Virus record (IMG/VR): IMGVR_UViG_3300029057_000032
Coordinates: 1-16,217 of that record
Reading direction: 5' to 3' (one strand)
DNA: 16,217 nt
DNA from: a virus
The notes below the pieces were generated by a model. It did no database searches, was not told where the DNA came from, and worked only from the letters and a program-made list of their open reading frames with translations. The translations under genes were made by a program, and so were the position numbers. The number at the start of each line of letters is the position of its first letter. Within the stretch, counting starts at the first letter, position 1. Positions 14,840 through 16,217 of the stretch are shown here, piece by piece.

Positions 14840-16217
14840 TTAAATAGTAATATTTTTAATAGTATCTGCATTTAAAGTAAGTTCTTCCTCATATTTAACA
14901 ACACTTGATAATTGTACTTCAAAATGGAATGGAACTCCTTTTTGAACATATAAATAGTACTCTCCAGTTGTTGCATCACAATATGTACTATCTACAAAGT
15001 TGTCATTATCTACATAGATATAAGGTTGTACATCTAATACTTTACCATCTGCATCTGTTACTTTTCCAGAAAGCTTTACTGATTTAGATGGATCAGGAGT
15101 TTGATAAAAATATACTTGTCCTAATCTTTCATAAATATCAGATTGAGCTACTAAACTTAGATAGAAGTTATCTTCAATATATTTAGGATTTTCATTATAT
15201 TCAATAGTCATAGTACTAATTCCAGGTAATCCTTCCATTGGTGAAATATTTGTAATCTTCAAATTATTATACCAACTAACTTTCCAAGGAACATTAGATT
15301 CTATAGTTACAACTTTACTTCCAGCTTCATACCCTACAGTAACTTCTGGGTCACTTACTTCTATGTATTTACCTAAAGTAGATACTCCTCCTATATAATT
15401 ATTGATGTCTTGAACTCTTATAAATTCACATCTAGTAGTTGCATCAGAATTAACATCATAAGCATCTATCTTATTTAATACCCAATAACTATCTTCAAAA
15501 TAGTAAAACTGTCTTAACATATCAAAGTTTACTTGTAAATCATTTAATTTTACAAAACAAGTAACTTTCTTAGTATTAACATCAAATTGATCAGTATAGA
15601 ACTCTTTCCAGAATTGAGAATAAATAACACTTTGTTCTGGATATGCAATTTTATCTATATAAATTTCTCTTGGTAATCCAAAATCCCAACTAGATATTAC
15701 ATAATTACTTGATATATTATATCTTATGAATTGTGGTAAAGAGGTTCTTTTAATTGCAATCTTAGCACCAGCTTCATTAGTTTCTCTAGTAGTATATAAA
15801 TAGCAAGGTTCAGAATCATTTAATACAGACATTTCTGTAACATCATCAGTAATCCAATATGTAATAGGATTGCCATCAATATCTTTCATCTCTACATTGC
15901 CATTATAAAATAGTAATGTCGATTTAATTTCTTCTAAACTTTGCTCATCATTATCTAATGAATAGAAACAAGTCTTTGCAAATATATCATTACCAGGAAC
16001 ATCTCACCACTCTGTAGTCTTAGATGAATCAATGAAATTTACTCCATAAAGATCCTGATCGTTTGTTTTTCTTTCAGTAGACGTAGAATGGAATAATTGA
16101 TAAGTAATATTATCATTTAGGAAGCAGGGAACTGGCGAACTTGAACTATTAAAATAGTTTCTATAATACTTATCTACATCTCTTGCAGATATTACATTTT
16201 CATATAAGTTATCTGAG
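14840..16217 (-). CDS. Tail / baseplate-associated protein with a BACON-like domain and a C-terminal CarboxypepD_reg-like beta-sandwich. N-terminus runs off the window. 1 sense TGA codon.
   Basis: The frame of ORF 14840..15889 stays open upstream to 16217. Every triplet was checked and there is no TAA or TAG. The single TGA is at 16004-16006 (...SSKTTEW[W]DVPGNDIF...). The BACON-like motif VTIESNVPWKVSWYNNLKITNISPMEGLPGISTMTIEYNENP falls within about 15104-15364. The CarboxypepD_reg-like segment SGKVTDADGKVLDVQPYIYV...TGEYYLYVQKGVPFHFEV falls within about 14885-15079. Confidence 0.7.

Noticed and set aside
14838-14842. A programmed -1 frameshift chaperone pair (G/GT) upstream of the tape-measure gene
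   Set aside because: The gene immediately upstream is a protein of more than 450 aa with BACON-like and beta-sandwich domains, ending in TAA 2 nt before the tape-measure ATG. No pair of small overlapping ORFs or slippery heptamer occupies the expected position.
1-16217. The in-frame TGAs as selenocysteine codons, or as pseudogenising nonsense mutations or sequencing errors
   Set aside because: There are 15 events in 7 genes. All are TGA and none is TAA or TAG. No frameshifts accompany them. One sits on a paralog-conserved Trp column. No gene uses TGA as its real stop. Selenocysteine is not plausible at this density in structural proteins, and I saw no recurring hairpin after the TGAs. Random decay would produce all three stop codons as well as indels.
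1-16217. TGA=Gly (table 25, as in phages of Absconditabacteria or Gracilibacteria) as the reassignment
   Set aside because: Not fully excluded, but disfavoured. The KN[TGA] column aligns with TGG-Trp in two paralogs, several contexts suit an aromatic residue, and the BACON domain and SD-less starts suggest a Bacteroidota host. Homolog alignments and suppressor-tRNA identity are needed to settle it.
1-16217. tRNA genes (including the expected suppressor), CRISPR arrays, integrase or transposase genes, att sites
   Set aside because: Essentially all sequence is accounted for by minus-strand coding. The four intergenic gaps longer than 30 nt contain only the hairpins described and no cloverleaf-capable segment of about 75 nt. 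The suppressor tRNA, if present, must lie outside this window.

Overview
The window is an almost gap-free, entirely minus-strand late (structural) module of a tailed dsDNA phage. GC is about 30%, with a GC-richer island over the capsid genes. There are no Shine-Dalgarno motifs, and many gene junctions are TAATG-type stop/start overlaps.

Gene order on the minus strand, from 16217 down to 1:
- BACON-domain tail protein (partial)
- tape-measure protein
- XkdF-like prohead protease
- scaffold
- HK97-fold major capsid protein
- tail-tube-like protein
- terminator
- six tail-fibre / receptor-binding genes
- terminator
- small ORF
- portal
- connector-like protein
- small ORF
- membrane-anchored protein (partial)

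Main finding: the standard-code ORF track is fragmented because TGA is used as a sense codon. I translated every gap by hand. Fifteen in-frame TGA codons join the fragments, plus a 613-nt stretch with no called ORF, into 7 continuous genes. No TAA or TAG intervenes at any join. None of the 16 complete genes ends in TGA (15 end in TAA, 1 in TAG). One TGA sits exactly where two in-window paralogs have TGG (Trp) in a conserved C-terminal ...KNW... motif, so TGA=Trp (table-4-like) is favoured over TGA=Gly (table 25).

TGG is still the majority Trp codon, about 33 TGG versus 15 TGA by hand count. All TGA codons lie in tail, receptor-binding and membrane-protein genes. None lie in portal, protease, scaffold, capsid or tube genes.

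Secondary observations:
- three paralogous BspA/DUF285-like LRR receptor-binding proteins with different N-terminal modules
- short exact DNA identities at fibre module junctions
- a non-canonical order of morphogenesis genes
- two strand-specific intrinsic terminators
- an AT-rich inverted repeat between the tape-measure and protease genes

No tRNA, rRNA, CRISPR array or mobile element is visible. All functional calls rest on remembered family motifs and gene position, not on database searches.
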